Positions 1 to 14,329 of a stretch of DNA of 64,000 nucleotides are shown piece by piece. The translations under genes were made by a program, and so were the position numbers. Source of the DNA: the human T2T-CHM13v2.0 reference genome, Homo sapiens; the NCBI RefSeq assembly GCF_009914755.1, contig NC_060930.1; one strand, written 5' to 3'. Below the pieces are notes generated by a model. That model was not told the DNA's origin. It made no database searches and saw only the letters and a program-made list of their open reading frames with translations. Each line of letters begins with the position of its first letter. Positions within the stretch are counted from its first letter, which is position 1.

Positions 1-1730
1 TTAAAACATTTCCAAATGCACATAAATCTCTGAGAAAATATATATTCCATAAATGTATGCTGAATAACATAAATTTTATAAATATAAAAGGAAAGTAAAG
101 TAAAACTGATGTCTGTATAAACCTACATTAGGGATTTGTTTTCTATGCTCCAGTTCCAACAGAGGATCTGGACATTGCCTCTTCCCTGCTTACTTCCTTG
201 ATTGGCTGGACTCCCTCTACATCCCCAGCTTCTACCTGAACATGCATTGTAAATGGGAAGTCTGTGAGCAGACTGTAGACAGGCCTGCTGCTTGGGGAAC
301 TGTAGGAAATTTGATTCACCCCAACCCACAGTAAACACTCAGGAAGATGATGGGTTCATTACGAGTTACTCACATCCAGGGGTAGGCAGGCATGTGGCGT
401 GAAACTCCAGAATGCTGAGAGAGAGCTGGAAGGTACAAAAATCTCCCACTAAGTGGTATTACAATTTTCGGTTACAAAATCAGAATATCACTTTTTATCC
501 CATAAATATATATTAATATATATATAATGTATGGACTATATATAGGGAATAAATATATGTATAATTTGTCTCTACATAGGGAATATGTATATATGTAATT
601 TATCAATAAAAAATTTGTTAATCTCCTACTAATGTAAAAGGGAGTTTCTCAAAGGTCTTGATGGGCTCCTCACTTGATTAGAAGGTGGTAACTAGAAGCT
701 GGGTGCATTCATAAGGATTTGAAAACCAAGGAAATTATCACCTCTTGCTGGGAAGGCCCCATCCCTTGCTCTGTGTAGATGTATTATACCTGCAGTCTGA
801 GTCTGTGGGCTCATTTCCATGTACACTCTCACCTTCAGCTCTGCCGCCTTGCTGGCAGTAGCTCAGGCCACAGGTACCCTGGACAGTGGAGGGCTCAAGC
901 AAGACCAAATCTTCTACAGGTAGATGATTCCCAACTCACAATCTCTTTTCTCAACCCCAGAGTTTTAGTTCCCATTCCCTGGTGCTGCTGGATGCTACTG
1001 CCAAGGTCTGGACAGGGGACATGGAGGGACACTGAGGGTGATGGGTGGAGATGTGGGAAAGAGATTTGTCTCCGCTCCCAGAAGAAGCAGGCAAAGGGAG
1101 GTTGGGATGTTTTGACTTTGAGGTGTCAGTGGTCCCAGGTTCAGCCCACTCTTTGTCCTCTCCATTTCTTCTTGATGCCCTGAATGTTCTACCTGTCATC
1201 CAGGCTCCAGTGAACAAGCCAGGAATCATGCTTGACCTCTCACTCTCCTGTTTGCCCCAAAGAAGGCATATGCCTCCCAGGAACGTATGAACATGCACTT
1301 CTGTAGCTTTCTTCTTAGAACCTTGGGCACCAATCTTTTTCAGCTGTTTTTATTTCTTTCATTTTATTTTTACGTGGATCTTTTCAGCAAACATTCTAGA
1401 GGCTTCTTGAATCCTATTCAATATCATACTTGAGCCAAATGGTAACGAATTAACAAAAAGGTAGCAAATTATTAATATGCTGTCAATGTGCATTGTATGT
1501 GGATGGGAGATTTAACTGTTAAGGTCTAAAGGTCCATGATTTTAACCTCATTGCTCATTGATTCAGGACATGATGACATACTTCAGGTCATTAGGGGGAT
1601 GGGTTAAGGAAGTCTTCCTGAAGTTCTAAAGAGCGTGCCCCTCTGGAGTGGGTGACAGCTGCATAGCTTGTCTGCCGTGCTCTGCCCGAATGCTGTTTTC
1701 ACATGGCGTCTCTTCTTTCTTTACTTTCAG

Positions 1731-1902
1731 GTAGAAATTGAGAAGCTGGATTACCATCATTATCTGCCTCTGTTTTTTGATGGGCTTTGTGAAATGACAT
1801 TTCCCTATGAGTTTTTTGCTCGGCAAGGAATCCACGACATGCTGGAACACGGTGGGAACAAGATCCTACCTGTCCTTCCACAGCTCATTATCCCGATAAA
1901 AA
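1731..1902 (+). CDS. PACRG: PACRG internal coding exon (172 nt, phase 0 to phase 1; usually numbered exon 3)
   Basis: Polypyrimidine tract plus acceptor (tcttctttctttactttcag, AG 1729-1730) and donor A|GTAAGT (GT 1903-1904). Translates [57 protein letters not shown], recognisable as the conserved PACRG (ParcG) domain. Confidence 0.97.
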
Positions 1903-4900
1903 GTAAGTGAACCGGTGAAAAAGCATCACTCAGTTTATACGGTGTTGCTTTTTGACAACTTGCTAATTAAGCAATAAACCATGACAGACTGAGGTGATCC
2001 CCAGTTTTGCAGGAATTTTCATAAATTGACTTAGGAGGCCAGACAACCCAAATCTCCAAAAATATATCCCATCATCAATATTTCACTATGGCTTAGCCAC
2101 ATAAATAAACCAAATTCCATGGGGTTTGTGCTAATTTAAAATGCCTCACAGTAATGACATAAGCATTAACATTAACTTACGCATCCAGAGGTCTTTACCT
2201 GCTGCTGCTAACTTCCAAGTCTTTTTTTTGTAAATGGCATCTCTAATTTTTAAATTATAAACACCGTTATGTTGAGTATGTTTGAGGTAGTACCATTCAT
2301 AATTTTAAGGAAGGGAAGCCCAGCTGCATAGGTGAAAAGAAGAATGTTTTTAAATACCTGAAACTTTTAATCTACAATAGGTAAGCTGGGTGACTCTGGG
2401 GTAGCCCTGTGATTGGCTTTGTCTGTGAAATGAGATTGTCCTTCCTTTCTGCATGCACCTTGCTCACAACATTGCACGGCCCCTTGGACTGGTTGTCTAA
2501 GAACCTGAGGTTGTCCCACGTGACAGCCTTCTGGGGTTCCAGAACACTCTCTGGCCATTCTTACCTTGCTGCCAGTAGAGCCACCCTGATGGGCATGCCT
2601 GGCATCCACTGGTACAGGCTCAGGAAGAGGATGGCCTCTCCTCAAGTCAAGGTGGCAGGGCTGGCCCCTCTCACCCTCACCAGCACATCCCCTCCCCAGC
2701 CCCAGAATTGCCCACCTGTCCTGCATTGCTACTGCTGCTACTGCTACTACTAATTAAAAGCAGAGGATCAGTGCCTCCTCTGAACACTCATTCTGCAGAT
2801 GAGGGAGACCCTACCTTTTTCTCAGCCAGAGCTGCTCCAGGCACTTTCACCCCCTGGATCCAGGCCCAACTGCCCATGGCTTCGAGGGGTGAGGAGGCCC
2901 CTGCTCCCCCCGCCCCAAGTTCTACCTCATCTTCCACTCCAGGATGGGCAGCTTCCCAAAATGATTGACAGGACGCTTAGCTAGTCTTCTAGGTTGGGGA
3001 ACCCCACCCTCACTGGCTCAGGTGAGCTCTTGCCGTGTGCTTTCATCAGAACAAGAACAAACTAGCTCAACATAGGGTCATCTCCCAGAGTCTGGATTAT
3101 TTAATCGTATCCAAGGTCACCATTTTTATTCATTCATTCGAATTTATCCATTCATTCAAATGTATCATGATCAAAATGCTAGATTTCCACAGTTCTGCTC
3201 TTACTGCTTGCATCAAATCAACTCTGAAACTCTCCCTCAGATCTTTGAGGTCTCCGTAGAGATCTGTAAGTGACCACACCACATTTCCACCATGACAGAC
3301 AGTGAAACCAAACCAAAGGACGGTGCTACCTGATGTGCGAGTAACACAGAGAGAAAAGAGACTCTGAAAAGGGGCTTATTAAATAGCAGCTTGCTTGCCT
3401 CATCCACAGCTGCAGGAAGGCAGGCTCCTTAAAGGCTGTCAGGGAGGGTGTAGCGTCCCGAGCCACGTTAAAACCTTTTCCAAAAGTAATTTCTTCTCTC
3501 AGATGGGTCACATTTTTGAATACATTAAATTCTACTTGAACTGCTACATTTCTAAAGGATGATATGTAGCTTTCTCTGATAAACAAGAAAGGCCCAGAAT
3601 ATTCTCCGCAGGAACTATTTGTTCTTTTCCTCTGGCAGAATAGCAGCAATATTCGGACATATATCCTTTTTTTTTTTTTAAATCAATGCTTCATGTTGGG
3701 ATCACTGCCTTCTCAGGGGTCTCTCCCTCAGAGTCCACTGGAAGACACTGATAGGCAGAAAAGGAATTGCTAAGTAATATTTTGATTATGTTGTCTGCAA
3801 TTAAAGCATACCACACTGGAGTTTTGCAGGCCAAGGTAAAGTGATTTTCAATTTTGTTTGATCTGTATTTTGAAGATACATAAATGAGTAAAGCGAGGAG
3901 TCATGTGACTAAATTTACAGTACACACATGCTAGAGGTCATCTGCCGATGAGCGAAAACGTTATCAAGAACTCAGTAAACATGATTTGTCAGGGAAAATT
4001 AACTAGATATGAATTTGATGATTTAGGGTTCCGGAAGCAATGACAATTTATCTTGGTTGATGCCATTGCGTGGCTTTCAGCGCTTCTGCTATTCGATACT
4101 GATCCTGAGTGTAACTGCTCCTTCCTTCTCAATCTGTTTATGTCACTAAAAGCAGACTTTTCTCAAGAAGAAATGCTGATTACTTATGTAAGGTCATGCA
4201 CAGTTCCAGCACAGTGTGAAAAATATTATGTGCATAAAGAAAATCTTTGAGGAGGAATTCTGAAAGGAGGCTAACAGGATCTAGAAAAGGGCTGATGTAC
4301 ATAATTGACATAACGTATAACATCTCTGTGTATTTTATTTTCACACCATACCCAGTATAATTTTGACTCTATCCAGGGGCAAAAATTAACCTCACCATTA
4401 CCAGCAAGCAGACTAGAAGTTTTTTTTTTTTTTAATTCTAACTAATATCTATGAAAACAAAGCAAAATGTATAAACTCACTGTGAGGCAGTGAGCTGGGA
4501 TTAGCTGCCCTTGTATTTCTGGAAACTGGGTTGATTTCAACAAATTAGAAGGCTGATAATACTGGAATGAGAAATTGACACATTTAGTGGCTCTGGGGTT
4601 TCTAATATGATAACAAACAAGAATCCACCGTTCTTTCTCCTACTGCTGCTTGGTTCAAGCCCCCAAGTTCTGGAATAACCCACACCGTGGGTCTCGGACA
4701 CCTATTTCACTGACGTTGTTTTCTGGCACAACTACTGCTGCTCCCTTTTCCCTCCCACCCTTCTGATTTCCATCTTGAGTTATTTTGGGTCAGAAACTCC
4801 AAAATCATGCTGACATAAAGTGCTCAGGGTTGGTGATGGAGCATTGATTGCTGGGAGCAGCAGCAAAACCTCATAGGGGAGGCTGAGAAAAGAGCAGCCC

Positions 4901-5199
4901 TCTTACTTGTCTGGATCGGGGATTACAGATTCACATTTACTCCATCCAGTAGGAAAAGACAAATCCTTCTCAATCCATCAGAGTGAAACCAGGAGGCAGT
5001 GTCTGGAATCTCCGCATACGAAATTCAGAAGGGGATTCTTCCGAAACAGCGGTCAAGAGGGCAGAGAGGGGCCAAGAGCAACCAGCAAACTCTAACAATC
5101 TCTCTCCTCAATAAAAGTGAGAACAGTAGCAACACTGCAGCCACAGGGGGCCATGGGAAAAATCTCTACACACAGGGAAGGAAGTATTGTGCACAATCG

Positions 5200-6540
5200 G
5201 AGGAAAAGAATACCTCAACAACATCTGGCATATGAACCAGAAGAAACTTGTAGAAACTTGTTTGACATCCTCAGGATTCAGGAAGACGTGGCCTCTGAGA
5301 AACAGAAGCAGAAATCCAGAAGAGGAGATTAGACTCAAATAAAAAGAAGTCCATTTTGAACAGGACAAGGCAAACTGAAAATGCCGTAGTAGAACTAAAA
5401 TCTCCATAGAAGTATAGAGAATAATCAACTGCACAAGATCAATTATAAATGCAACGTTAAGGCGCTCTCTCAGAAAAGACAAGTGTGTAAAAATAAGGCC
5501 AGAAAAGATATTAAATTGGAGGACATAGAACACAAAAGAGTTAAAAGTTAGTGTTCCCAAGAGGAACTATCAGAGCGACAGGAATAGCAATCATAATGGC
5601 AGAGGTGATTCGAAGAGATGTTCTAGGAGGAAAAATTATCTCTTATTACGCAGGTAGAAAATACTTGCAGCAATCTAAAGAAAATCAGTGAAAACAGACT
5701 CAGGTGGAGGCACAATTTGCCAAAAACTTTAAATTATAACATAAAGAAAAATCCTTCAAACGTCTGGACAGGGGAAAAAGCAATACAACAACAAATAATA
5801 CTGAGGCTAAGATTTTTTGCAAGAGTAAATTCCAGACAACAGAGCACCTTTTAGAGAAATGGGGAGAAACATCTTGGGCGTGATTTTACCCCGGTCATGT
5901 GAAGAAAAACACTGTGGACGCAGTGACTGCAGTATCCCTCTGTCCTTCATCCAGAAGGTGACTGGGGCTGTGCTCCAGCTCACAGCAAGTAAAGCACAGT
6001 GAGAGTCCCCAAGTGAGGAGGACAGTGTAGTGTGAAAAGCAGTCAGCACTAAACCTAGGGTTATGTCTAAATAGTGGAGGGAAAAGAGTTTCAAAGCCAC
6101 ATGAAGTGTTGAATCATAATTTTGCAGTAATGACTCTTAAAAATCCCAGGAAAACTGGGGTCTACACCCTCAAAGTCAATGCAGAAGATAAAGGTAGTTA
6201 AACAGAGTCTGTCTATTAAAAGGACAAAAGCTGAGTAGACAGCAAGGAAGGGCTAAGAACCAAAAGCACAAAATAGGATGAAGAATGTAACATCCAATAG
6301 ATCAGCTACGAAAATTAACTTTACAACTGAAAAAACAAAATCTGTATGTAAACTCTCTAAAAAACAAAATAATACTTAAATATGTTCAAAGATATATTGG
6401 AATAAATAAAAAAGCAGAAGTCGTGATTTTAATTTTAGAAAAGTAAAATTTAATTGTAAAGAGTTTTCAAGTGTATAAAGAGGATCAATTTATAATGATT
6501 AAAATATTCACAACAAAAATTTAATAGTCATGGCCCACTG
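5200..6540 (+). mobile_element. Ancient degraded LINE-1 (L1M/L1ME-like) ORF1 to ORF2-start relic
   Basis: A-rich + strand; degenerate endonuclease-region text near 6410-6510 (aaagcagaagtcgtgattttaattttagaaaa...ataaagaggatcaatttataatgattaaa, resembling KAGVAILISDK...KEGHYIMIK). Confidence 0.5.
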
Positions 6541-7399
6541 TGTACTGCAAACTATGACATCATATTTGAGAAAGAATCAGCTGCTACTCATCGTTTTCAC
6601 CCCGGAAGGAAGGTAGACTTCTTGACTGAGAGCTAAAAAGATCCCTGTCCTTCCTCCACTTCCTGACCTTTGACTTTAAGATCTAGGATCTTCACCAACC
6701 CAAGTGAACAGCCTTCCTGCTGTAGCACCGCTTCCCAAGCTTCAGTATGCATCCGCGGACCTTGGTAAAATGCAGGCTCCAGATCAGCAGATGCGAACGG
6801 ACCTGAGATGCTGCATCTCTGACAAGCCCGTGGTCGATGCTGTTGCTGCCGGGCTGAGGCAAGGCCTGCTAGGGCACAGTGAGTGCTTGGACGCCCCAGG
6901 CCCCACCAAAGAGTCCTGGACACGAGAGCCAGGCGTGGGACATGGGTGGGAGGGGAAGAGATGAATGCTAATTTTCTCCCTTGTATGTGGGATCAGGAGA
7001 TACTGCATTGTTCATAATGTGCATGATTAGAGAAACACAACTTTAAGATTTTAGGCCTTAAATGTAACCATTCATGGATTAAAATAGATAGTATGCATAT
7101 GAGGTACAAGTGAAAGAAAAAACACTTTCAGTAAGGCAATCTTTTTTTAAAGAAAGCCAAGGTAACTTGTAAAAAAATAGAAATACAACAAGAGGACAAA
7201 AGGAAAACCAAATAATCTGTTGTTTCCACGAAGGATTGGGAGAAATAATTCACTAGTCACAAGGAAAAAGTCTTGATTTGGAAACTCCTTTGAAAGACTG
7301 GTTTTAGCAGGGACTGCCAGTCACCTCATGTTGATTAGAATTTAACTCCCCTCCACAAACATACCTTCTTCCCCACTAATTAATGATCACATAAATACT

Positions 7400-8520
7400 G
7401 TTCACTGCAAGTCCCACATCTGCTATGATTACTTTTCTAATACAACTTGTTTTTCTCAGCATTGATAATTGCCTCTCATTTTGCATACTTGATTTTTATA
7501 TACTTCCTAATTTTCTTCAAGTATTACAAGATCTGTCAAAAGAATATTATTTTCAAAATGTTCAGAACATTAAATAACCCAGATTTATCTGACTTCATCT
7601 GAAATTAATTTTATTTCCCTTTCTGGAGACATTCACTCTTCCATCCTCCATCCATCCATTTGCTCCAATCTGGACCACATATTGTCTTGGCCTGACACTT
7701 CCTGTTACTCCTTTTTTATGTTCAACCTCTTTCCTTAGCTCTTTGTCTTGTTTTCCTCATCACTGTTAGAGTTTGCATCTTCTAGTAATTTCCGGGAAGC
7801 ATATGAAAGGTATATTTTTTAGTTCTTGCATATCTGAAAATTCTATCATCAAGCTTGATTATGAGTTTGCTTTGTTGAAAACCCTTTTCATTCAGAACAG
7901 GGAGGTCATGTCTCTATCGCCTCCAGAGTCTTATGTTGCTTTGAAAATCTTGATGCATCTGAATTTCTAGTCATTTGCCTGTGACCTATTGGCCTCCAAT
8001 CTCTGAACATTTTTGAATCTTTATCTCTGGTGATATGAAATTTTATGTGGATATACTTTAATGCTTTTTTTTTTTTTATCAATTTTCCCAGGAAATTTCA
8101 ATTTAGAGACCTATGTCTTTCTGCACTAAAAACTTTTTATGTGTTACTTCTTTAACAGTATCTTCTCTCTGTTTTCTCTTGGTTTTCTGATGTAATTCCA
8201 GCCAGTCATCTATAATGCCTCCCAGTGGATTCTCTTAGTTCTTTATCTTTTTGTTCATTTTTTCCTACTCTGTCGCTTAGTTCTATTTCCTGAGAAATGT
8301 CCTTGACTCTATCTTCCGAAATTGTGAATATTTCACTTTAGTTATTGTAACTTTCCTTTCCTCTGACTGTTCCTTTTTTTATACTGTTTGGTTCTTTTAT
8401 GTTTATTCTCTTATCTCTCTGTGAATATTTATTATAGATTTGTAGCGCTTTTCTTTGTTTGGGGTGGGGGGTATTTAGCAGTTTCTTTTTGGCTTCCTGA
8501 CTTATTATTTTTTTGACTTA
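7400..8520 (-). mobile_element. Ancient L1/HAL1-like relic, antisense
   Basis: Very T-rich + strand with typical antisense L1 ORF1-region phrases (gttgctttgaaaatcttgatgc; tatcttctctctgttttctctt). Confidence 0.4.
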
Positions 8521-8639
8521 TTCAGTAAAAATAAATTTTCCCTTTGCTACCATTTCAGACTTTCTTTATCCTGCTTATAGATCAACAGGTAATATACTGG
8601 CTAAGAGCATAGCCTGGAATCAGACTCACCAATTGACCA

Positions 8640-11600
8640 ACAAGGCAGTACCTCTATGACTCTGCAAGAATCTCAGCATTACTGGGCTTGCAGTGCTCCC
8701 AGTGCAGATACAGCTTAGACAACAATACCCAAGTCCTTTCGAATATCTGAAAAGCCTTCCAAAACAGGATAGCTATAAATAAGCCCAGACTGTGAAGACC
8801 GCAATACCTAACTTTTCAATGCCCAGACGTCAAGCATCAAGACCATCCAGGAAAACATGAACTCACCAAAAAAAAAAAAAAAAAAGTAAGTTAGTTACCA
8901 GGTACCAATCCTGGAGAAATAGAGATATGTGACTTTTCAGACAAGGAATTCAAAATAGCTGTGTTGAGGAAATTCAAAGATATTCAAGATGACACAGAGA
9001 AGAAATTTAGGATTCTGTTAGATAAATTTAACAAACAGATCCAAACAAAAAGAACCAAGCAGAAATTTTGGAGTTGAAAAAATGCAATGACATACTGAAG
9101 AATGCATCAGAGTCTTTTAATAGCAGAATTGATCATGCCGAAGGAAGAATTACTGAGCTTGAAGACAAGCTATTGGAAAACACACACTCAGGAGAGACAA
9201 AAGAAAAAAGAATATAAAATAATGAAGCGCACACTTACAGGATCTAGAAAATAGCCCCAAAGCGGAAAATCTAAGAGTTATTGGCCTTAAAAAGAAGGCA
9301 GAGAAAGAGATGGGGTAGAAAGTTTATGCAAAAGGATAATAACAGAGAACTCCCCAAATCTAGAGAAAAATATTAATATCTAAGTACAAGATGGTTATAA
9401 AACACCAACCAGATTTAAGCCAAAGAAGACTACCTCAAGACATTTAATAATTAAACTCCCAAAGGTTAAGGATAAAGAAAGAATCCTAAAAGCAGCAAGA
9501 GAAAATAAACAAATAACATTCAATGGAGCCCTAATACATCTGGCAGTAGACTATTCAGTAGAAACCTTACAGGCCAGGAGAGGGTGTCATGACATATTTA
9601 CAGTGCTGAAGGAAAAAACTTTTAACCTGTAATATATCCAGCAAAAATATCCTTCAAATATGAGGGAGAAGTGAAGACTTTCCCAGAAAAACAGAAGCTG
9701 AGGGATTTCATCAACACAAGACCTGTCCTACAAGAAATGCTAAAGGGAGTACTTCAATCAGAAAGAAGAGGATATTAATGAGCAATAAGAAGTCATCTGA
9801 AGGAACAGAACTCACTGGTAATAGTAAGTACACAGAAAAATAGAATATTATAGCACTGTTATTGTGGTGTACAAACTACACTTAAGTAGAAACACTAAAT
9901 GATGAACCAATAAAAATAACTACAACAACTTTTCAAGACATAGACAGTATAATAAAATACAAATAGAAAAAAAAGTTAAAAAGCAGGGGGACAAAGTTAA
10001 GATGGGGGTTTTGATTAGTTTTTGTTTTGCCCATTCATTTATGCAAACAGTATTATCAGCTTAAAATAATGAGTTATGAGATAGTATTTGCAATCTCATG
10101 GTAACTCAAATCAAAAAACATACAATGGATATACATAAAATAAAAAGCAAGAAATCAAATCATATCACCAGAGAAAATTACCTTCCTTCACTAAGAGGAA
10201 GACAGGAAGGAAGGAAAGAAGGAATAGAAGATCACAAAACAACCACAAAACCAAAATATCAAAATGACCATAGTGAGTCTTTATCAATAATAACATTGAA
10301 TGTAAATGCACAAAAATCTCCAATCAAAAGGCACAGAGTAGCTGAATTGATTTAAAAAAAAAAAAGACCTAATGATCTGTTACAAAAAACACACTTCACT
10401 TAGGAAGACACACGTAGACTGAAAATAAAGAGATGGAAAAAGATATTCCATGCCAATGGAAACCAAAAAAGAGCAGAAGTTGCTATACTTATATCAGACA
10501 AAATAGATTTCAAGTCATAAACTATAAGAAGAAACAAAGATATAATGATAAAGGGGTCAATTCAGCAAGAGGATATAACAGTTGTAAATATGTAAGCACC
10601 CAATACTGGAGCACCCAGATAGGTAAAGCAAATATTATTAGAGCTAAAGAGAGAGACAGACCACAATACGATAATACCTGGAGACTTCAACACCCCACTT
10701 TCTGCATTGGACAGATCTTCCAGACAGAAAATCAACAAAGAAACATTGACTTAATCTGTACTATAGACCAAATGAATCTAGTGGATATTTACAGAACATT
10801 TCATCCAATGGCTGCAGAATACACATTCTTTTCCTCAACATGTGGATCATTCTCAAGGATAGACCATATGTTAGGTCACAAAACAACTCTTAAAACATTC
10901 AAAAAAATTCAAATAATATCAAGCATCTTCTTGAACTACAATGGACTAAAACTAGAAATCAATAAGAGAAACTTTGGAAACTATACAAATGCATGGAATT
11001 AAACAATATGCTCCTGAATGACCTGTGGATCACTGAAGAAATTAAGAAGGAAATTGAAAATTTTCTTGAAACAAGTGGTAATGGATACACAACATGCAGC
11101 AGAAACATGAGATACAGCAAAAACATGACTAAGAGGGAAATGTATAGCTGTAAGGCTACATCAAAAAAGAAAAACTTGAAATAAATAACCTAACAATGCA
11201 TCTTAAAGAACTAGAAAAGTAAGAGTAAACCAAACCCAAAATTAGTAGGAGAAAAGAAATAATAAAGACCAGATCTAAGTTAGAAAAAAAAAAAGACCCA
11301 AATAAATAAAATCAGAGATAAAAAAGGAAACATTACAACTGATATCACTGAAATTCAAAGGATCATTGGTGGGTACAATAAGCAACTATATGCCAATAAA
11401 TTGGAAAATCTAGAGGAAACTGACAAATTCCTAAACACATAAAAACCTACCTAGGTTGAATCATAAAGAAATCCAAAACCCAAATAGACCAATAACAAGT
11501 AATGTAGACAAAGCATAATAAAAAGTCTCCCAGCAAAGAAAATCCCAGGACTCAATGGCTTCACTCTTGAATTCTACCAGACATTTCAAGAAGAACTAAT

Positions 11601-14305
11601 ACCAATCCTACTCAAACTATTCCCAAAAAAAAATAAAGGAGAAGAGAATACTTCCAAGTTCATTCTATAAGGCCAGTATTATCCTGATACCAAAACCAGA
11701 CAAAGACACATTAAAACAAAAAGAAAGAAAGAAAACCCAAGCTAATGTCACTAATAAATATTGATGGAAAATCCTCAACAAAATACTAGCAAACTGAATT
11801 CAACAACACATTAAAAAGATCATTCATCATGACCAAGTGAGATTTATCCCAGGGATGCAAGGATGTTACGATATATGCAAAGCAATCAATGTTATACAGC
11901 ATGTCAACATCATCAACATATGAATGAAGGACAAAAAGCCTATGATCCTTTCAATTTGTCCTGAAAAATAAAAACAAATGTTTAACATCCCTTCATGATG
12001 AAAACCCCTCAAAAAACTGACTATCAAAGGAATATACCTCAACATAATAAAAGCCACGTACGACAGACTCACAGCTAGTATCACACTGAATGGAGAAAAA
12101 CTGAAAGCCTTTCCTCCTAAAATCAGGAACACGACAGAGCGCCCACTTTCACCACTGTTATTCAACGTAGTACTGGAAGTCTTAGCTAGGGCAATCAGAC
12201 AAGAGAAAGAGATAAAGGGGATCCAAATGGGAAAAGAAGAAGTCAAATTATCCTTGTTTGCAGATGATATCATCTTATATTTTGAAAAACCTAAAGACTC
12301 CACCAAAAAACTATTAGACCTAATAAACAAATTCGTAAAGTAGCAGGATACGAAATCAACAAACAAAAATCATTAGCATTTCCATATACCAAGAGTGAAC
12401 AAACTGAAAAAGAAATTTTACAATGTAGTCCCATTTACAATAGCCACAGATAAAACTAAGTACCTAAGAATTAACCAAAGAAGTGAAAGATCTCCACAAT
12501 AAAAACTTAAAACATTGATGCAAGAAATTGAAGAGGACACCAAAAAATGGAAAGATATTTTATGTTCACGAATTGGAAGAATCGATTTTATTAAAATGTC
12601 CATACTACCCAAAGCAATCTACAGATTCAATGCAATCTCTATAAAAATACCTATGACATTCTTCACAGAAACAGAAAAAAACAATTTTAAATTTTATATG
12701 AAACCGCAAAAGACCCAGAATTGTCAAAACTATCCGAAGCAAAAAGAATAAAGCTGGAGGAATCACATCATCTGACTTCAAATTATACTACATTATGGCA
12801 TAAAAAACAGAAGCACAGACCAGTGGAACAGCATAGATAAGAGAGAAGTCAGAAATAAGTCCATACATCTACAGTGAACTCATTTTTGACAAAGGTGCCA
12901 AGAACATACACTGGGAAAAGAAAATCTCTTCAATAAATGCTGGGAAACCTGAATATCCATATGCACAAGAATGAAACTAGACCCCCATCTCTCACCATAT
13001 ACAAAAATCAAATCAAAGTGGATTAAAGACTTAAATCTAAGACCTCAAACTATGAAACTACTACAAGAAAACATTGGGGAAAATCTCCAGGACATTGGTC
13101 TGGGCAAAAATTTCTTGAACAATACCTGACAAGCACAGGCAACCAAAGCAAAAATGGACAAATGGGATCGCATCAAGTTATAAACCTTTTGCATAGCAAA
13201 GGAAACAATCAACAAAGTGAAGAGACATCTCACAGAATGGGAGAAAATAATTGCACACTATCCATCTGACAAGGGATTAACAGCTAGAATGTATTAGGAG
13301 CTCAAACAACTATACGAATAAAATCTAATAATCCAATTTTAAAATAAGCAAAATATCTGAATAGACATTTCTCAAAGGAAGACATGCAAATAGCAAATAG
13401 GCATATGAAAAGGTTCTCGACATAATTGATCATCAGAGAAATGCAAATCAAAACTATAATGAGATATCTTATCCCAGTTGAAATGGCTTTTATCCAAAAG
13501 ACAGGCAATAGCAAATGTTGGTGAGGAAAAGGGAACCCTCATATGCTGTTGGTGAGAATGTACATTAATACAACCACTATGGAGGACAATTTGGAGGTTC
13601 CTCAAAAAACTAAAAGAGAGCTGCCATGCAATCCAGCAAGCCCACTCCTAGGTATATACTCAAAAGAAAGGAAATCAGTATATCAAAGAAATATCTGCAT
13701 TCGCGTATTTATTGCAGCACTATTCACAATAACCAAGATTTGGAAGCAACCTAAGTGTCCATCAACAGATGAATGGATAAAAAAAATATGGTACATAAAC
13801 ACAATGGAGTGCTATTTAGTCATAAAAAAGAATGAGATCCTGTCATTTGCAACAACATGGATGGAACTGGAGGTCATTATGTTAAGTGAAATAAGCCAGG
13901 TGCAAAAAAGACGAACTTCACATGTTCTTACTTATTTTGGGGTGCTCAAAATTAAAACAATTTAACTCATGGAGATAGAGAGTAGAAGGATGGTTACCAG
14001 ATGCGAGGGGAGTAAGCGGGGATGGTTAGAAGGTACAAAAAATAGTTAGAAATAGTACGACCTAGTATTTGCTAGCAAAACAGGGTGACTATAGTTGAAA
14101 ACGACTTAATCATTCATTTTTAAATAACTAAAAGAGCATAATTGGATTATTAGTAACATAAAGAATAAATGCTGGAAGTGATGAATACCTCATTTACCCT
14201 GATGCGATTATTACACATTGCATGCCTGTAACAAAATACATATTGTAACCTATAAATATATATACCTACTATGTACCTACAAAAAATAAAGCAAAAATAA
14301 ATTAA
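8640..14305 (+). mobile_element. Near full-length dead LINE-1, L1MA1-L1MA3-like (partial 5'UTR, ORF1, ORF2, 3'UTR, A-rich tail)
   Basis: ORF1-like region ~8860-9780; ORF2 fragments in the ORF track (endonuclease YTFFSS..GSFSRIDHMLGHK; [32 protein letters not shown]; C-terminal WKQPKCPSTDEWIKKIWYI); L1MA-type 3' end (tatatacctactatgtacctacaaaaaataaa). Many frameshifts and stops. Confidence 0.93.
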
Positions 14306-14329
14306 AATACATACAGAAAACCACCATAC

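Noticed and set aside
1668-1910. ORF-track start and stop for the PACRG-like peptides (also 28792-28998)
   Set aside because: These ORFs run into intron. The true boundaries are the splice sites 1731-1902 and 28841-28990.
10098-13965. Endonuclease / reverse-transcriptase-like ORFs
   Set aside because: Frameshifted fragments of a dead L1MA ORF2, not an intact coding unit.
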